Part shown: piece by piece, positions 39,454-50,283 of the stretch
Position numbering within the stretch: position 1 is the stretch's first letter
How the letters are laid out: every line of letters starts with the position of its first letter
Source of the DNA: Bifidobacterium breve
GTDB lineage: Bacteria; Myxococcota_A; UBA796; SXON01
DNA length: 62,367 nt
Assembly (NCBI GenBank): GCA_943328795.2
Contig: CALQBK020000003.1
Coordinates: forward strand, 1 to 62,367
Direction of reading: 5' to 3'
The notes under the pieces: model-generated
Told to the model about the DNA's origin: nothing
The model's database searches: none
The model's input: the letters and a program-made list of their open reading frames with translations, nothing else
Translations under genes and position numbers: made by a program

Positions 39454-39806
39454 GTGCCGCTCGAGGTCGTCCCGCTGGACGCCGGCGTGCTTGGCGCTGC
39501 CGGTGCCGCGGCCGCGGGGGCGTCTGCCTTCGCCGTGGACGCCGAGTCCCCGCTCGACGACTTGCTGCCGTCCCCGCTCGTCCCCCCGCTGGCCCCGCCG
39601 CTCGAGCCCTCGGTGCCGCCCGGCTTGAGCCCGTAGTGGTCCTTGTACCAGCCGCCGCCCTTGAGGATGAACGAGGTCTGGCTGATCAGCTTCTTCACGT
39701 TGGCCTGCGCACATTTTGGGCAGACCGTGATCGCTGGGTCAGAGAACTTTTGGATCTCGTCGAACTTGTGGCCACAGTCCGGACAGGCGTACTCGTAGAT
39801 GGGCAA
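39450..39806 (-). CDS. FmdB-family zinc-ribbon protein
   Basis: (M)[10 protein letters not shown]...CPKC...[13 protein letters not shown] with S/G-rich tail; TTG start after GAGG. Confidence 0.92.
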
Positions 39807-39969
39807 AGGGTACCTCGCGGTTCGCCGCGAGGGGTATGCACCGGCCGCTCGGGTGTCGAGTGCCCGTACTTGGCGGGGCCCGATTTCGGCGGGCCCGCCC
39901 CGGCACTGGTGGAATTTGACGGGGGCGTGGTGGGGAGCTAACCGCCGCTGCCCTTTTTCCCGGTGCACC

Positions 39970-40527
39970 GTGCCTCTCCCGCTCGTCCCCCTCGACGCCG
40001 TCTCCACCTCCGGGATGGACGTGCCCGTGGGCCCCTGGGCGAAGCCTGCAGTGCGCGAAGCGTTCGGCGCCGACGACGTCAGCGGCCACTTGCACATCCT
40101 GCGGTCCGGCGTTCACATGGTGGTCACCGGCGCGCTCGACCTGGTGGCGCAGGTCCCGTGCGACCGCTGCACCGCCACCATCCCGCTTCGCCTGCAGCCT
40201 ACGATCGCGTGCGTGTACTCGCCGATCACGGCGGTGCCCGAGCGCGGTGAAGATGACGACGCCAACGGTCCCGCGCTCCCCGAGCTGCCTGTCGCTGTAG
40301 AGGACGCGTCGGAGTACGATGGCGTCACGCTCGACCTCGCGTCGGTCGTCGTCGAGTCGCTCGAGGTCGAGCGACCTGCACGGTGGCGTTGCGCGGACGC
40401 CTACCCGAATGACCCGCAGTCGGATAGCGCCTGCGAGGCCCGGTGGCGTGCGCTCGCCGGTGCCTCGGACGAGGCTTCGTTGTCCCCGTTCGCCGCGCTT
40501 GCTGGCTGGAAGCCGGCAGTCAGTTAG
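39970..40527 (+). CDS. yceD: DUF177/YceD-family protein
   Basis: PCDRC, LDLASVVVE, SPFAALA; immediately upstream of rpmF; start uncertain. Confidence 0.8.
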   Translation: MPLPLVPLDAVSTSGMDVPVGPWAKPAVREAFGADDVSGHLHILRSGVHMVVTGALDLVAQVPCDRCTATIPLRLQPTIACVYSPITAVPERGEDDDANGPALPELPVAVEDASEYDGVTLDLASVVVESLEVERPARWRCADAYPNDPQSDSACEARWRALAGASDEASLSPFAALAGWKPAVS

Positions 40528-40551
40528 TTCGCACCCCCTTCGGAGTCTCTC

Positions 40552-40752
40552 ATGCCCGTTCCCAAGAAGCGTTCCTCCCGCAGCGTCATCGGTATGCGTC
40601 GCTCGCACGACCACCTGCACGCTACGCAGGCCACCGAGGTCTGCCCGTCCTGCGGCGGCACCAAGCTGCGCCACCACGTCTGCAGCGCATGCGGGACCTA
40701 CCGCGGCAAGAAGATCTTTCAGGACAACCTGGAAGCCCCGACCGTCGAGTAG
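40552..40752 (+). CDS. rpmF: 50S ribosomal protein L32
   Basis: MPVPKKRSS..MRRSH, CPSC..HHVCSACGTYRG. Confidence 0.97.
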   Translation: MPVPKKRSSRSVIGMRRSHDHLHATQATEVCPSCGGTKLRHHVCSACGTYRGKKIFQDNLEAPTVE

Positions 40753-40761
40753 CACCGAAAG

Positions 40762-41766
40762 GTGATCGCGCTCGACGCGTTCGGCGGAGACCGCGCTCCC
40801 GGAGAGATCGTGGCGGGTGCCCTGTTGGCGCACCGCCAGGGTGTGCCCGTGGTGCTGGTCGGAAACGGGGAGCGCTTGCGTGGCAAGGTGCCGCACGGGC
40901 TCACCGTGATCCACTCCCCCGAGGTGGTGGAGATGGACGAGCCTGCGACCACGCCGCTCCGGAGGAAGCCCGACAGCTCGATCCGGAAGATCTTCGAGCT
41001 CGTCCGCGATGGGCAAGCGGAGGCCGCCGTGACGTGTGGGCACTCCGGCGCCGCGATGGCGTGTGCGCTCCACGTGCTCGGGCCGGTGCCGGGGGTCACG
41101 CGCCCGCCATTGGCGACCGTCGTCCCGCGAAAGGACGGCGGACAGCTCGTGCTGCTGGACCTTGGCGCGAACGTCGACTGCAAGGCGGAGGTGCTCGCCC
41201 AGTTCGCCGTGCTCGGCGACGCGTACGCGCGGGCCGTGCTGCACATCGACCGGCCGCGCGTGGCGTTGCTCGCGAATGGCGAGGAGCGAGGCAAGGGCAA
41301 TGAGCAGGTGAAGCAGGCGTGGGAGCTCCTCCAGGCGATCGCCACGCGCGAGCAAGGTATGCCTTCCGGGCTCCAGTTCGTCGGCAACATCGAGCCGCTG
41401 GCCGCGCTGCGCGGGGACTGCGACGTGCTCGTGTGCGATGGGTTCGTCGGCAACGTGATGTTGAAGACCGTCGAGGGGACCGTCGAGGTCGTCGGGCGGA
41501 TCCTGCGCGAGGAGATCCTGCGCCGGAGCAGCGACCGGTTCGCGGCCTGGTTGCTGAGCGGGGCCTGGCGGCGATTTCGGCAGCGGACGACCTACGACAA
41601 CGTCGGCGGCGCGCTGCTGCTCGGCGTGAACGGCGTCGCAGTGGTCGGCCATGGCCGGGCGGACGCCCGCGCGGTGGCGAGCGCGCTCCGGTTCGCGCAC
41701 GGGTGCGTGCAGGCCGGGCTCACCGGGCAAGTGCGCGCGCAGGTCGGGAGCCGGCTGCTCGTCTGA
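40762..41766 (+). CDS. plsX: Phosphate acyltransferase
   Basis: [41 protein letters not shown]. Confidence 0.96.
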   Translation: MIALDAFGGDRAPGEIVAGALLAHRQGVPVVLVGNGERLRGKVPHGLTVIHSPEVVEMDEPATTPLRRKPDSSIRKIFELVRDGQAEAAVTCGHSGAAMACALHVLGPVPGVTRPPLATVVPRKDGGQLVLLDLGANVDCKAEVLAQFAVLGDAYARAVLHIDRPRVALLANGEERGKGNEQVKQAWELLQAIATREQGMPSGLQFVGNIEPLAALRGDCDVLVCDGFVGNVMLKTVEGTVEVVGRILREEILRRSSDRFAAWLLSGAWRRFRQRTTYDNVGGALLLGVNGVAVVGHGRADARAVASALRFAHGCVQAGLTGQVRAQVGSRLLV

Positions 41767-41854
41767 ATGGTCCCTCATTCACTTGCGTGTGACAACCTTA
41801 TGGCGGACCCCCGCCGCGTCGGATACCCGGCGTGCTCTGCTTAGGAGCATCTCG

Positions 41855-42097
41855 ATGGCCAACGAAGAGACCGTACGCCGAGTCAAAGACCTGATCGCTG
41901 ATTCGCTCGGCGTCAACGCCACGGAGGTCGTGCCCGCCGCGTCGTTCATCGACGATCTTGGCGCTGACTCCCTCGACATCGTCGAGCTGGTGATGCAGAT
42001 CGAGAAGGAGTTCTCGATCCAAATCCCGGATGAAGACGCCGAGAAGATCTCGACCGTGCAGGACGCGATCGACTACATCTCCAACAAAGCCACCTAG
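41855..42097 (+). CDS. acpP: Acyl carrier protein
   Basis: [14 protein letters not shown]; AGGAG SD. Confidence 0.98.
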   Translation: MANEETVRRVKDLIADSLGVNATEVVPAASFIDDLGADSLDIVELVMQIEKEFSIQIPDEDAEKISTVQDAIDYISNKAT

Positions 42098-42106
42098 GCT
42101 TCCGCC

Positions 42107-43345
42107 TTGCGCCGGGTTGTCATCACCGGCCTCGGAGCGGTCACACCGTGCGGCAACGACGTCGCGTCCACGTGGGACGCGATGGTCGGCGCACGGTCGG
42201 GAGTTCGCCGGGTCTCGCGCTTCGACGCGTCCGGCTTCCCCGTCCAGATCGCCGCCGAGGTGAAAGGCTTCGCAGCCGACACCTTGATCGATCGCAAGAT
42301 GATCAAGCGGCTGGACCTTTTCGCCCAGTACGCGATGGTTGCTTCGCGCGAGGCCTTCGCCCACGCGGGGTTCACGCCGTTCACCGAGGGCAACCCCCGG
42401 TTCGGCATGTTCATCGGCACGGGCATCGGCGGGCTCAACGAGATCGTCGCGGGCGCCGAGGCGTTCCGCGAGCGCGGGTACAAGGGCCTCTCCCCGTTCT
42501 TCATCCCTCGCGCGCTGTCGAACCTCGCCGGCGGGCACTTGGCGATCGAGATGGGCGCCCAGGGGCCGAGCCTCTGCGTGGCGACGGCCTGCGCGACGGG
42601 CAACCACTCGATCGGCGAGGCGTTCCGGGCGATCCGGTACGACGACTGCGACATTTGCCTCGCGGGCGGCGCCGAGGGCGCGATCACAGCGCTCGGGGTC
42701 GCCGGGTTCATGGTGATGAAGGCGCTTTCGAAGCGCAACGACGACCCGGAGACCGCCTCGCGGCCGTTCGACGCCGAGCGCGACGGGTTTGTGATGGGCG
42801 AAGGCGCCGGCATCGTCGCGCTCGAGGAGCTCGAGCACGCGAAAGCGCGCGGGGCCACGATCTACGCCGAGGTCGTGGGCTACGCGCACTCGAACGACGC
42901 GTGGCACGAGACGGCGCCGCCGCCGGGCGGTGCTGGCGCGGCCCGGGCGATGCAGTGGGCGCTCAAGAGCGCGCAGCTCAACGCCGAGGACATCGACTAC
43001 GTCAACGCGCACGGCACGAGCACGCCGATGAACGACGCCACGGAGACCGAGGCGATCAAGGCTGTTTTCGGCGGCCACGCGCGGAAGTTGGCGGTGTCGA
43101 GCACCAAGAGCGTCACCGGGCACATGCTCGGGGCGGCTGGCGGCGTGGAGGCCATCGCCTCGGCGCTGGCGCTGTACCACGGGGTGCTGCCTCCCACGGC
43201 GAACCTGCAGAACCCCGATCCGGCGTGCGACCTCGACTACGTCCCGAACGTCGCCCGGCAGGTCCAGGCCCGCGCGGCCGTGTCGAACGCCTTCGGCTTC
43301 GGGGGGACCAACGCGAGCCTGGTGTTCAAGCGGTTTGAAGGATAG
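42107..43345 (+). CDS. fabF: Beta-ketoacyl-ACP synthase II
   Basis: RRVVITGLG, TACATG, NAHGTST, KSVTGHMLG, FGFGGTN. Confidence 0.97.
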   Translation: MRRVVITGLGAVTPCGNDVASTWDAMVGARSGVRRVSRFDASGFPVQIAAEVKGFAADTLIDRKMIKRLDLFAQYAMVASREAFAHAGFTPFTEGNPRFGMFIGTGIGGLNEIVAGAEAFRERGYKGLSPFFIPRALSNLAGGHLAIEMGAQGPSLCVATACATGNHSIGEAFRAIRYDDCDICLAGGAEGAITALGVAGFMVMKALSKRNDDPETASRPFDAERDGFVMGEGAGIVALEELEHAKARGATIYAEVVGYAHSNDAWHETAPPPGGAGAARAMQWALKSAQLNAEDIDYVNAHGTSTPMNDATETEAIKAVFGGHARKLAVSSTKSVTGHMLGAAGGVEAIASALALYHGVLPPTANLQNPDPACDLDYVPNVARQVQARAAVSNAFGFGGTNASLVFKRFEG

Positions 43346-43361
43346 CCCCGAGGAGCTGTAA

Positions 43362-43796
43362 ATGGCCAGGTTCTACGTAGGTAACGATCACGCTGGGCTC
43401 GGTCTCAAGGCAGCTGTGGTGCAGCACCTGGTCGCAGCGCAGCACGAGGTGATCGACCTCGGGACGAACACCTCGGCGTCGTGCGACTACCCTGAGTTCG
43501 CCAAGCAGGTCGCGTCACGCGTCGCGGCGGGCGACGGGCTCGGCATCCTGTTGTGCGGGACTGGGCAAGGCATGGCGATGAGCGCCAACCGGGTGCCGGG
43601 CGTTCGGGCCGCCGTGTGCGCAGACACGTTCTCGGCCCGCGCGACCCGCGAACACAACGACGCCAACGTGCTGTGCATGGGTGAGCGCGTGGTGGGCGCC
43701 GGGCTCGCGCTCGCGATCGTCGACGCTTTCGCAAGTGCCCAATTCGAAGGCGGCCGCCACGCCCGGCGCGTCGCCCTCTTCGACCCCCCGAGGTAG
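43362..43796 (+). CDS. rpiB: Ribose 5-phosphate isomerase B
   Basis: DHAG, CGTGQG, HNDANVL, FEGGRH. Confidence 0.97.
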   Translation: MARFYVGNDHAGLGLKAAVVQHLVAAQHEVIDLGTNTSASCDYPEFAKQVASRVAAGDGLGILLCGTGQGMAMSANRVPGVRAAVCADTFSARATREHNDANVLCMGERVVGAGLALAIVDAFASAQFEGGRHARRVALFDPPR

Positions 43797-43800
43797 CCGA

Positions 43801-45042
43801 ATGAACCCGATCGAAGCCCAGGACCCCGCGATTTGGAACCTGATCCGCGCGGAGGAGGCCCGCCAGCGCGAGGACCTCGAGCTGATCGCCTCTGAGAACT
43901 ACGCGTCCGCGGCCGTGATGGCCGCCGCCGGCTCGGTGCTTACGAACAAGTACGCGGAGGGCCTCCCCGGCAAGCGCTACTACGGCGGCTGCGCGGTGGT
44001 GGACCAGGTCGAGGACATCGCTCGCGAGCGCGCGTTGCAGCTGTTCGGCGCGGACGGCGTGAACGTCCAGCCCCACTCGGGCGCGCAGGCCAACGCCGCG
44101 GTGTACCTGTCTTGCCTGAAGCCGGGTGACGTGCTGATGGGCCTCGACCTGTCGAACGGCGGCCACCTGACGCACGGGTCGCCGGCGACCAGCTCCGGCA
44201 AGCTCTACCGCGCGGTCCACTACCGGGTCGACAGCACGGGCCGGATCGACATGAACGCCGTCCGTGAGCTCGCCCTCCGCGAGCGCCCGGCGATGATCGT
44301 CACCGGCGCGAGCGCCTACCCGCGGCTCTGGGACTTCGCCGCGTTCCGCGCGATCGCAGACGAGGTCGGCGCGCTGCTGCTCGCCGATATCGCCCACGTC
44401 GCGGGGCTCGTCGCGGTCGGGCTGCACCCGTCCCCGGTGCCCTACTGCGACTTTGTCACCACCACGACGCACAAGACGTTGCGCGGCCCCCGGGGCGGGA
44501 TCGCGATGGCGCGCAGCGCCCACATGAAGGCGCTCAACAGCGCGGTGTTCCCGGGCAGCCAAGGCGGGCCGCTGATGCACATCATCGCGGCCAAGGCCGT
44601 GGCGTTCGGCGAGGCGCTCCGGCCCGAGTTCAAGGCCTACCAGCAGCAGGTGCTGGACAACGCTCAGGCGATGGCCGGGCGGCTGCAGGAGAGGGGGTTC
44701 GCGCTCGTGAGCGGCGGAACGGACAACCACCTGATGTTGCTCGACTTGTCGCTCAAGTCCTACTCGGGCAAGGACGCCGAGGAGGTGTTGGGCCGCGCCG
44801 GCATCACCGTCAACAAGAACACGGTGCCCAACGAGAAGCGGAGCCCGTTCGTCACGAGCGGCGTGCGCCTCGGCACGCCGGCCATGACCACGCGCGGCTG
44901 CGTCGCCGGCGATGCGATCCGCGTCGCGGACCTGATCGCGGACGCCCTGGACAACCGCGAGGACGCCGACCGGATCGCGTCGATCCGCGCTGAGATCCAC
45001 GCGCTCTGCGGCACGAAGCCCGTGCCGGGGCTCGGCCGCTAG
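43801..45042 (+). CDS. glyA: Serine hydroxymethyltransferase
   Basis: [34 protein letters not shown]. Confidence 0.98.
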   Translation: MNPIEAQDPAIWNLIRAEEARQREDLELIASENYASAAVMAAAGSVLTNKYAEGLPGKRYYGGCAVVDQVEDIARERALQLFGADGVNVQPHSGAQANAAVYLSCLKPGDVLMGLDLSNGGHLTHGSPATSSGKLYRAVHYRVDSTGRIDMNAVRELALRERPAMIVTGASAYPRLWDFAAFRAIADEVGALLLADIAHVAGLVAVGLHPSPVPYCDFVTTTTHKTLRGPRGGIAMARSAHMKALNSAVFPGSQGGPLMHIIAAKAVAFGEALRPEFKAYQQQVLDNAQAMAGRLQERGFALVSGGTDNHLMLLDLSLKSYSGKDAEEVLGRAGITVNKNTVPNEKRSPFVTSGVRLGTPAMTTRGCVAGDAIRVADLIADALDNREDADRIASIRAEIHALCGTKPVPGLGR

Positions 45043-45356
45043 TGCCGATCTCCGGCGCCGAGGGCATGTCGGACGCGCAGGTGATCGCCGCGGTGAACGA
45101 CGGCGGAAAGCTCGTCGTGTTCGAGTACACGATCTCCGTCCTGGTGATGACCTTCAAGCGCGGGTCGGCCGTCCACCTCGTGCGCAAGGGCGAGAGCGGC
45201 GCGATGAAGGGGCTGCCCTACACGCTGCTCACGCTCGTGGCGGGCTGGTGGGGCATCCCGTTTGGCCCGATCTACTCGATTATGTGCTTGTACACGAACC
45301 TCGCAGGAGGCCGGGACGTCACCAGCCAGATGATCAGCCGGCGCCCGCCGCAGTAG
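45042..45356 (+). CDS. Small membrane protein, unknown function
   Basis: GWWGIPFGPIY hydrophobic segment; abuts glyA. Confidence 0.75.
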   Translation: MPISGAEGMSDAQVIAAVNDGGKLVVFEYTISVLVMTFKRGSAVHLVRKGESGAMKGLPYTLLTLVAGWWGIPFGPIYSIMCLYTNLAGGRDVTSQMISRRPPQ

Positions 45357-45361
45357 CCGAG

Positions 45362-45679
45362 TCAAGATCCGACGGTACAAGGTCCCCAGCCCGACTCGAT
45401 CAGCCGGTTGAAGGCCTGGATCAACGCGCCCGTAGTCGGCGCGACCTTGCGCGTGTCGAGGCCGGTGAGCCCCAGTAGACCGGCGGCGTCCAGCGCGATC
45501 ACGAGCGGCGCGCACTCCCTGGCTGCTTGCTGCAGCGCCCGGAATTGGTGCACCTCGCGCTCGGGCCCGGCCTCGATGCTGCTGAGCCGGTGCGCCAGGC
45601 GCTTCCTGGAGACCAGGTCCCAGTTTTCGGCGCCGGCGAGCGTGGCCTGGAGGTGGGCGGCGAGCGCCTCTTCGGTCAC
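45362..45679 (-). CDS. Hypothetical protein
   Basis: GTG start overlaps the monooxygenase stop (GTGA); 105 aa. Confidence 0.55.
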   Translation of the reverse strand: MTEEALAAHLQATLAGAENWDLVSRKRLAHRLSSIEAGPEREVHQFRALQQAARECAPLVIALDAAGLLGLTGLDTRKVAPTTGALIQAFNRLIESGWGPCTVGS

Positions 45680-46899
45680 TGCTTGCTCGTGATCATGGTG
45701 AAGCCAAAACACATCTCGTCGGTGGTCCCCTCGCCGACGTCGACGTCCTGGGGCGGATCGTTGACCTGGTTTGGGTTCTCCGCGCTGTTGTCGTAGCGGC
45801 ACTCCAGGTGCAGCTTGTCGCCCGGGCCCAGGTCGGCCGGGGTGAGGAAGTTGGCGGTCACCTGGTTGTGGAAGTCCCAGGCGTCCATGTGCATCACGCA
45901 CTCGTCGGTGCCGTCTTCGTGGGTGATCCACTCGTCGAAGCCGATGCCGAGGAGGTGCATGTGCGGCCAGACCGCCAAGATCTCCGAGTCGTTGTCCCAG
46001 TTGTAGAACTTCTTCGCGGAGTAGTCGGGGTCATCGGCCGGGATCGTGAAGTTGGTCGGCCCCGCCGCGACGTTCGCCGCCTCGCGCTCGACGGAGTCCG
46101 CCAGCTGCAAGCCGTAGCCGGACTGGTCCTGCTCGTGATCCGCTCCGTCGAAGCTATCGAAGTAGTGCATCTGCAGGATGACTTGGGCGTTCGTGGGGAG
46201 CGGGATCCCTACGCCGTCGGGCAGCACGGTTGGGTTGTCGCCAGGCCCCCAGGCGCCGAGGGTGGACCAATTGCCTTGCCCGAGGCCGCTGCAGGCGAAG
46301 CCGTCGTGCGGCTCGACGCCGTTCGCGTAGAGGTCGTCGACGCCGTCGGGGAGGAACAGCACGACGTGGTGGACGATGCGCGTGTTGTCGACCTCGGCCT
46401 GCATCGCCGTGATCCACTGCTCGGTCGTGTTGTTCACGTCGATCAGGAAGCACCGGTAGTCGTTGACGTCCGCGCCGGTGAACGTCGGCGTGTACGGCTG
46501 CGACGCCCAGAGCTCGAGGTCGTAGTGGTCGAGCTGCTCGAGCGAGGTGTCTCGGTCGCTGCTGACCACGTCACCAAGGGGCGCCCCGGCGTCCGCCCAC
46601 GCGGAGAGGGTGGCCTTGTCGGCGTCCGAGAGGGTGTACCGCTCGGAGGCTTGGTAGTCCCGGCAGTCGGTGGTGGGCGCGGGGGGCGGCATGTAGCCGC
46701 TCTGCGTGTACGCCTGCATCGTCGACGCGAGGCCCTGGGCGACCGCGGGATCGTCGAACGACGTGGAGATCCCGTTGTCGTTGTGACAGCGCGCGCAGGT
46801 CTGGTCGAGGATCGGCCGGACGTCCTTGTAGTAGGTCGGCCCAGCGGTGCCGGAGTCGTCTTGGTTCGTGCCACAGGCCAGGAGCTCGAGGAGGAGCAT
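45676..46899 (-). CDS. Copper type II (PHM/DBH-like) monooxygenase-domain lipoprotein with N-terminal CxxCH
   Basis: CARCH; DYRCF, VHHVVLF, QMHY, PHMHLLG, DEMCF; lipobox LLAC. Confidence 0.85.
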   Translation of the reverse strand: MLLLELLACGTNQDDSGTAGPTYYKDVRPILDQTCARCHNDNGISTSFDDPAVAQGLASTMQAYTQSGYMPPPAPTTDCRDYQASERYTLSDADKATLSAWADAGAPLGDVVSSDRDTSLEQLDHYDLELWASQPYTPTFTGADVNDYRCFLIDVNNTTEQWITAMQAEVDNTRIVHHVVLFLPDGVDDLYANGVEPHDGFACSGLGQGNWSTLGAWGPGDNPTVLPDGVGIPLPTNAQVILQMHYFDSFDGADHEQDQSGYGLQLADSVEREAANVAAGPTNFTIPADDPDYSAKKFYNWDNDSEILAVWPHMHLLGIGFDEWITHEDGTDECVMHMDAWDFHNQVTANFLTPADLGPGDKLHLECRYDNSAENPNQVNDPPQDVDVGEGTTDEMCFGFTMITSKQ

Positions 46900-46925
46900 G
46901 GGGTCTTCTTGAGGACCGCAACGTA

Positions 46926-47786
46926 CTAGAATCTGCCCGCGATCGCGACCCCGTTCAGGCGAAGTTCCACGGTCGTGACCTTCGGGCCGCCCGCGCGGGC
47001 GCTCCACCGGGCCGTCTCGACCACGAACGGCACGCCCCAGGCCGCCCACGCGACGGTGGCCCCGATCCCGTTCAAGGTCCGGAGCGTGAGGAAGCGCTTC
47101 TCGTCGACGCTGCCGTGCTGGATCGTGTTGTCGTCGCCCGTCTTGTCCCCGACCAGCTCGCTCATCTCGACGCGCGTGACGATGCTGGTCACGACCCCGC
47201 TGGCCTGGAGGGTGCCGAACAGGATGCCGGGCACCGGCTTCCCGTCGATGAAGTAGCCGGCCCCGAACGGCAGGCCGAGCTGCCAGGGGTATGGGTGCTT
47301 TTCCGGGCGCTTGGGCGCGGACTGGACGTCGCTGCGCAGTCGCTCGAACGCATCGCAGAACTCGGGGGGGTGGACCAGCGGGTCCATCGCGTAGTCTGGG
47401 TTCAGCGCGAGCAGCGACGCCAGCACGGACTGCGCGGCGGCGGCGCCTTGCTCCGCGAACTGGATGTCCCCGAGCCAGGCGAGCGCGTCTTGGCGGTCCC
47501 GCGGCGAGAGCGTGTCGCTGTCCACCAGCACGCCCTGGAGGATGCGCCGGGCCTGCGTGGCCTCGCCGCCGAGGTAGTGCGAGACGGCGGTGTCGATCAG
47601 GCGGCTGGCGCTGGAGCCCCCCGCACGGGGCGGGAGCGCCGACGCGCCCGGGTCGTCTGCGGGGGCGCCTGCGGGGTCAGTCGGTGGGGCGTCCGCGGGG
47701 GCGCTGGCAGGCGCGGGCTCCGGCGCGGGGGCGTCCGGCGGCCCGGGCTCTGCGGCGAACGCGAAGGAGACGAGCCAACCAAACAT
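46926..47786 (-). CDS. Exported TPR-like protein with C-terminal hydrophobic segments
   Basis: Short signal AFA-AEP, Pro/Ala linker, ALAWLG..LLALNPDY helical repeat. Confidence 0.7.
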   Translation of the reverse strand: MFGWLVSFAFAAEPGPPDAPAPEPAPASAPADAPPTDPAGAPADDPGASALPPRAGGSSASRLIDTAVSHYLGGEATQARRILQGVLVDSDTLSPRDRQDALAWLGDIQFAEQGAAAAQSVLASLLALNPDYAMDPLVHPPEFCDAFERLRSDVQSAPKRPEKHPYPWQLGLPFGAGYFIDGKPVPGILFGTLQASGVVTSIVTRVEMSELVGDKTGDDNTIQHGSVDEKRFLTLRTLNGIGATVAWAAWGVPFVVETARWSARAGGPKVTTVELRLNGVAIAGRF

Positions 47787-47926
47787 CGACGCCGCCTTAT
47801 CGCGGGCCAGGAAGGTACAAATCAGAGATCGGCTTTTTTGTCCTCGCGCCGCCCCGAACGCCGCAAGCGGGACGGTCCCATCCCAACCGGGGTCGGCTAA
47901 GCTATAGGCGGCGGCGTGAATTCATC

Positions 47927-49786
47927 GTGATCGGAAGCGTCATCGACAAGTACGAGGTCCTGCAAAAGCTCGGCGAAGGGGCGACTGCGACCGTGTACCG
48001 GGGGCGCCACCTGACCATCGGGAACGACGTCGCGATCAAGGTGCTCCACCCGCACCTGTCGGCGTCCCCGCGCTACCGGGAGCGCTTCAACCGCGAGGCA
48101 CGGGCGGTCGGCCGGCTCTCTCACCAGAACATCGTCTCCATCCTCGACTACTCCGGGAAGGCCGCGGGCGACTGCTACATCGTGACCGAGCTCGTGGACG
48201 GCGTCACGCTGCTCGGGCTGCTCCAAGAGCACGGCACGCTGCCCTCCGAGCTCGCGGCGGTCATCGGGATGGAGCTCTGCGGCGCGCTCGGGTTCGCTCA
48301 CGGCGCCCAGGTCATCCACCGGGACATCAAGCCGGAGAACGTGATGGTCCGGCGGGACGGCAAGGTCAAGCTGATGGACTTTGGCGTCGCGCGGGTGCTC
48401 GACGAGGGGTCCATCACGCTCGACGGGTCCTTGCTCGGCTCGCCCGCGTACATGAGCCCGCAGCAGGCCCAGGACCAGCCGCTGGACGGGCGCAGCGACC
48501 TGTTCAGCCTGGGCACGGTGCTCTTTCACGCGGTGACGGGGCACGTGCCCTACAGCGGCGGAAATGCGAGCGTCATCCTAAAGAACATCATCGACGGCAA
48601 CCGGCCCGACGTGCTGGAGCTGGCCCCGGCCGCGTCCCCGTCGTTCGCCGCGGTCGTCGACAAGCTCCTGCAGGGCCGCCCCGAGGACCGGTTCGCGACC
48701 GCTGAGGACGCCCGCGTGGCGCTGCTCGCGACGCTGACGGAGGTCGAGCTCACGCTCGATCATCCGAGCCTGCAGGTCGCCACGTACTTGCTGAACCCGG
48801 AGGGCTGCGCCCAGCAGCTGCGCGCGCACCTGGAGCCCGTCCTCCTGCGCAAGGGCAAGGAGCGCCTCGCCGCCGCGGACCACCTCGGCGCGCTGCAGCT
48901 CTTCAACCGGCTGCTGGCACTCGACGAGAACAACCCCGAGGTGCTGTCGCTCATCCAGGGCCTGCACCAGCCGACCGCGCCGGACCAGGCGCCGCGTCGG
49001 TGGGTGGCCTTGCTCGCGTGCACGCTGGTCCTGGTCGGCGCGCTCGGGGTGTGGTGGCTGCGCGCATCCGCGGCCCCCGCGGGCGAGCCTCCTGCGCCGG
49101 CGCTCACGGCGGCCGTCGATCTTCCCGTCGCGCCCCCGCCCCCCGTCAGCCCCGGGCCTGAGCTGCCCGCTGCCGCGCCCGTGCCCGAGTCGGCCGCCTC
49201 GCCGGCGACCGCGCGCCTGCCCCGCGGCGTGATCCTCCCGCTGGCGCCACGCCGGGTCCAGGAGCCCGCACCACCCTCCACTGGCGATGCCCCGGTAGCG
49301 GTCGTTGCGCCGGCGACCGCCTCGCTGGTGGTGGTCTCGCTGACTAGCGCGGAGGTCTGGCTCGACAACGGGCTGGTGGGCACCACGCGCACGGGCCCGA
49401 GCACCGACTGGGTCGCGTCCCGCAAGGCGCCGCTCAGCGTGGCGCCGGGGCACCACGTGTTGACGCTCAAGTACCGGAACGCCGAAGACTGGGTGCAGCC
49501 GTTCGACGCCACCGCCGGGCAGCAGCTCGAGTTCATGGCCAGCCCGACGCGGCTCCCGGTCAACGTCGTGATCAACCGCGACGTGCCGAAGGAGTGCTCT
49601 TACACCGTGGATGGGATGAAGTACGGGCAGGTGGCGAACGTCAACAAGTTCGACCTGCACGACCCGGACCCGGGGACCCAGGTCGTCTTCACCTGCCCGG
49701 ACCGGACGTTTACGGTGTCTCCGTGTCGCAACGGGCAGTGCAACGGAGGGAACACGGTGATCGTCCCCGAGGCGGTGCCGCAGTGA
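47927..49786 (+). CDS. Membrane Ser/Thr kinase with TPR-like segment and PEGA-like extracytoplasmic domain
   Basis: GEGATA, VAIK, HRDIKPEN, DFG, GSPAYMSP; TM helix; AEVWLDN..G..PGHHVL. Confidence 0.92.
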   Translation: MIGSVIDKYEVLQKLGEGATATVYRGRHLTIGNDVAIKVLHPHLSASPRYRERFNREARAVGRLSHQNIVSILDYSGKAAGDCYIVTELVDGVTLLGLLQEHGTLPSELAAVIGMELCGALGFAHGAQVIHRDIKPENVMVRRDGKVKLMDFGVARVLDEGSITLDGSLLGSPAYMSPQQAQDQPLDGRSDLFSLGTVLFHAVTGHVPYSGGNASVILKNIIDGNRPDVLELAPAASPSFAAVVDKLLQGRPEDRFATAEDARVALLATLTEVELTLDHPSLQVATYLLNPEGCAQQLRAHLEPVLLRKGKERLAAADHLGALQLFNRLLALDENNPEVLSLIQGLHQPTAPDQAPRRWVALLACTLVLVGALGVWWLRASAAPAGEPPAPALTAAVDLPVAPPPPVSPGPELPAAAPVPESAASPATARLPRGVILPLAPRRVQEPAPPSTGDAPVAVVAPATASLVVVSLTSAEVWLDNGLVGTTRTGPSTDWVASRKAPLSVAPGHHVLTLKYRNAEDWVQPFDATAGQQLEFMASPTRLPVNVVINRDVPKECSYTVDGMKYGQVANVNKFDLHDPDPGTQVVFTCPDRTFTVSPCRNGQCNGGNTVIVPEAVPQ

Positions 49787-50283
49787 GCGCGCCCGGCGTG
49801 ACTCGGGTGTCGTGGGCGAGCGCGGCCGGTGCCGGCGGAACGAGCCCCGGGCGCCCTACGAGGCCCGTGCGCGCTGGATCGTCGCGGGCATGGCACCGGG
49901 CTTGCATACCGGTGGGTCTGGTGGCGGTCGCGCTCCTCCCGGGCTGCTACTACCTGGTCCCTGTCCCGTACGCCCAGCCTCACCCGTCCCCCGAGCGTAT
50001 CTCCGTGTTCCCCGAGCCCAACACCACCGTGAACCTCACCACAGCGGGCCAAGCCGTGCTGGTGGTGGTGCAGGACGACGACCCGGTGAGCTTCATCTGG
50101 GCCCTCTCGCGCGACGGCTACGTCGGGACCGCTACGCCGATCCCGAACGACGACCCGGACATCCAGGGCAGCCAGCTGCACCTCGACTACGACTCCGGAC
50201 TCGACCAGCAGACCTTGTCGTGCGTGATCTCGGATGGTGTCTCAGAGGCCGTGACCTACACGTGGCAACTGGAGGTGCTGTGA
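49783..50283 (+). CDS. Putative lipoprotein
   Basis: VAVALLPGC lipobox; GTGA overlaps at both ends; start may lie further downstream. Confidence 0.65.
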   Translation: MSAPGVTRVSWASAAGAGGTSPGRPTRPVRAGSSRAWHRACIPVGLVAVALLPGCYYLVPVPYAQPHPSPERISVFPEPNTTVNLTTAGQAVLVVVQDDDPVSFIWALSRDGYVGTATPIPNDDPDIQGSQLHLDYDSGLDQQTLSCVISDGVSEAVTYTWQLEVL

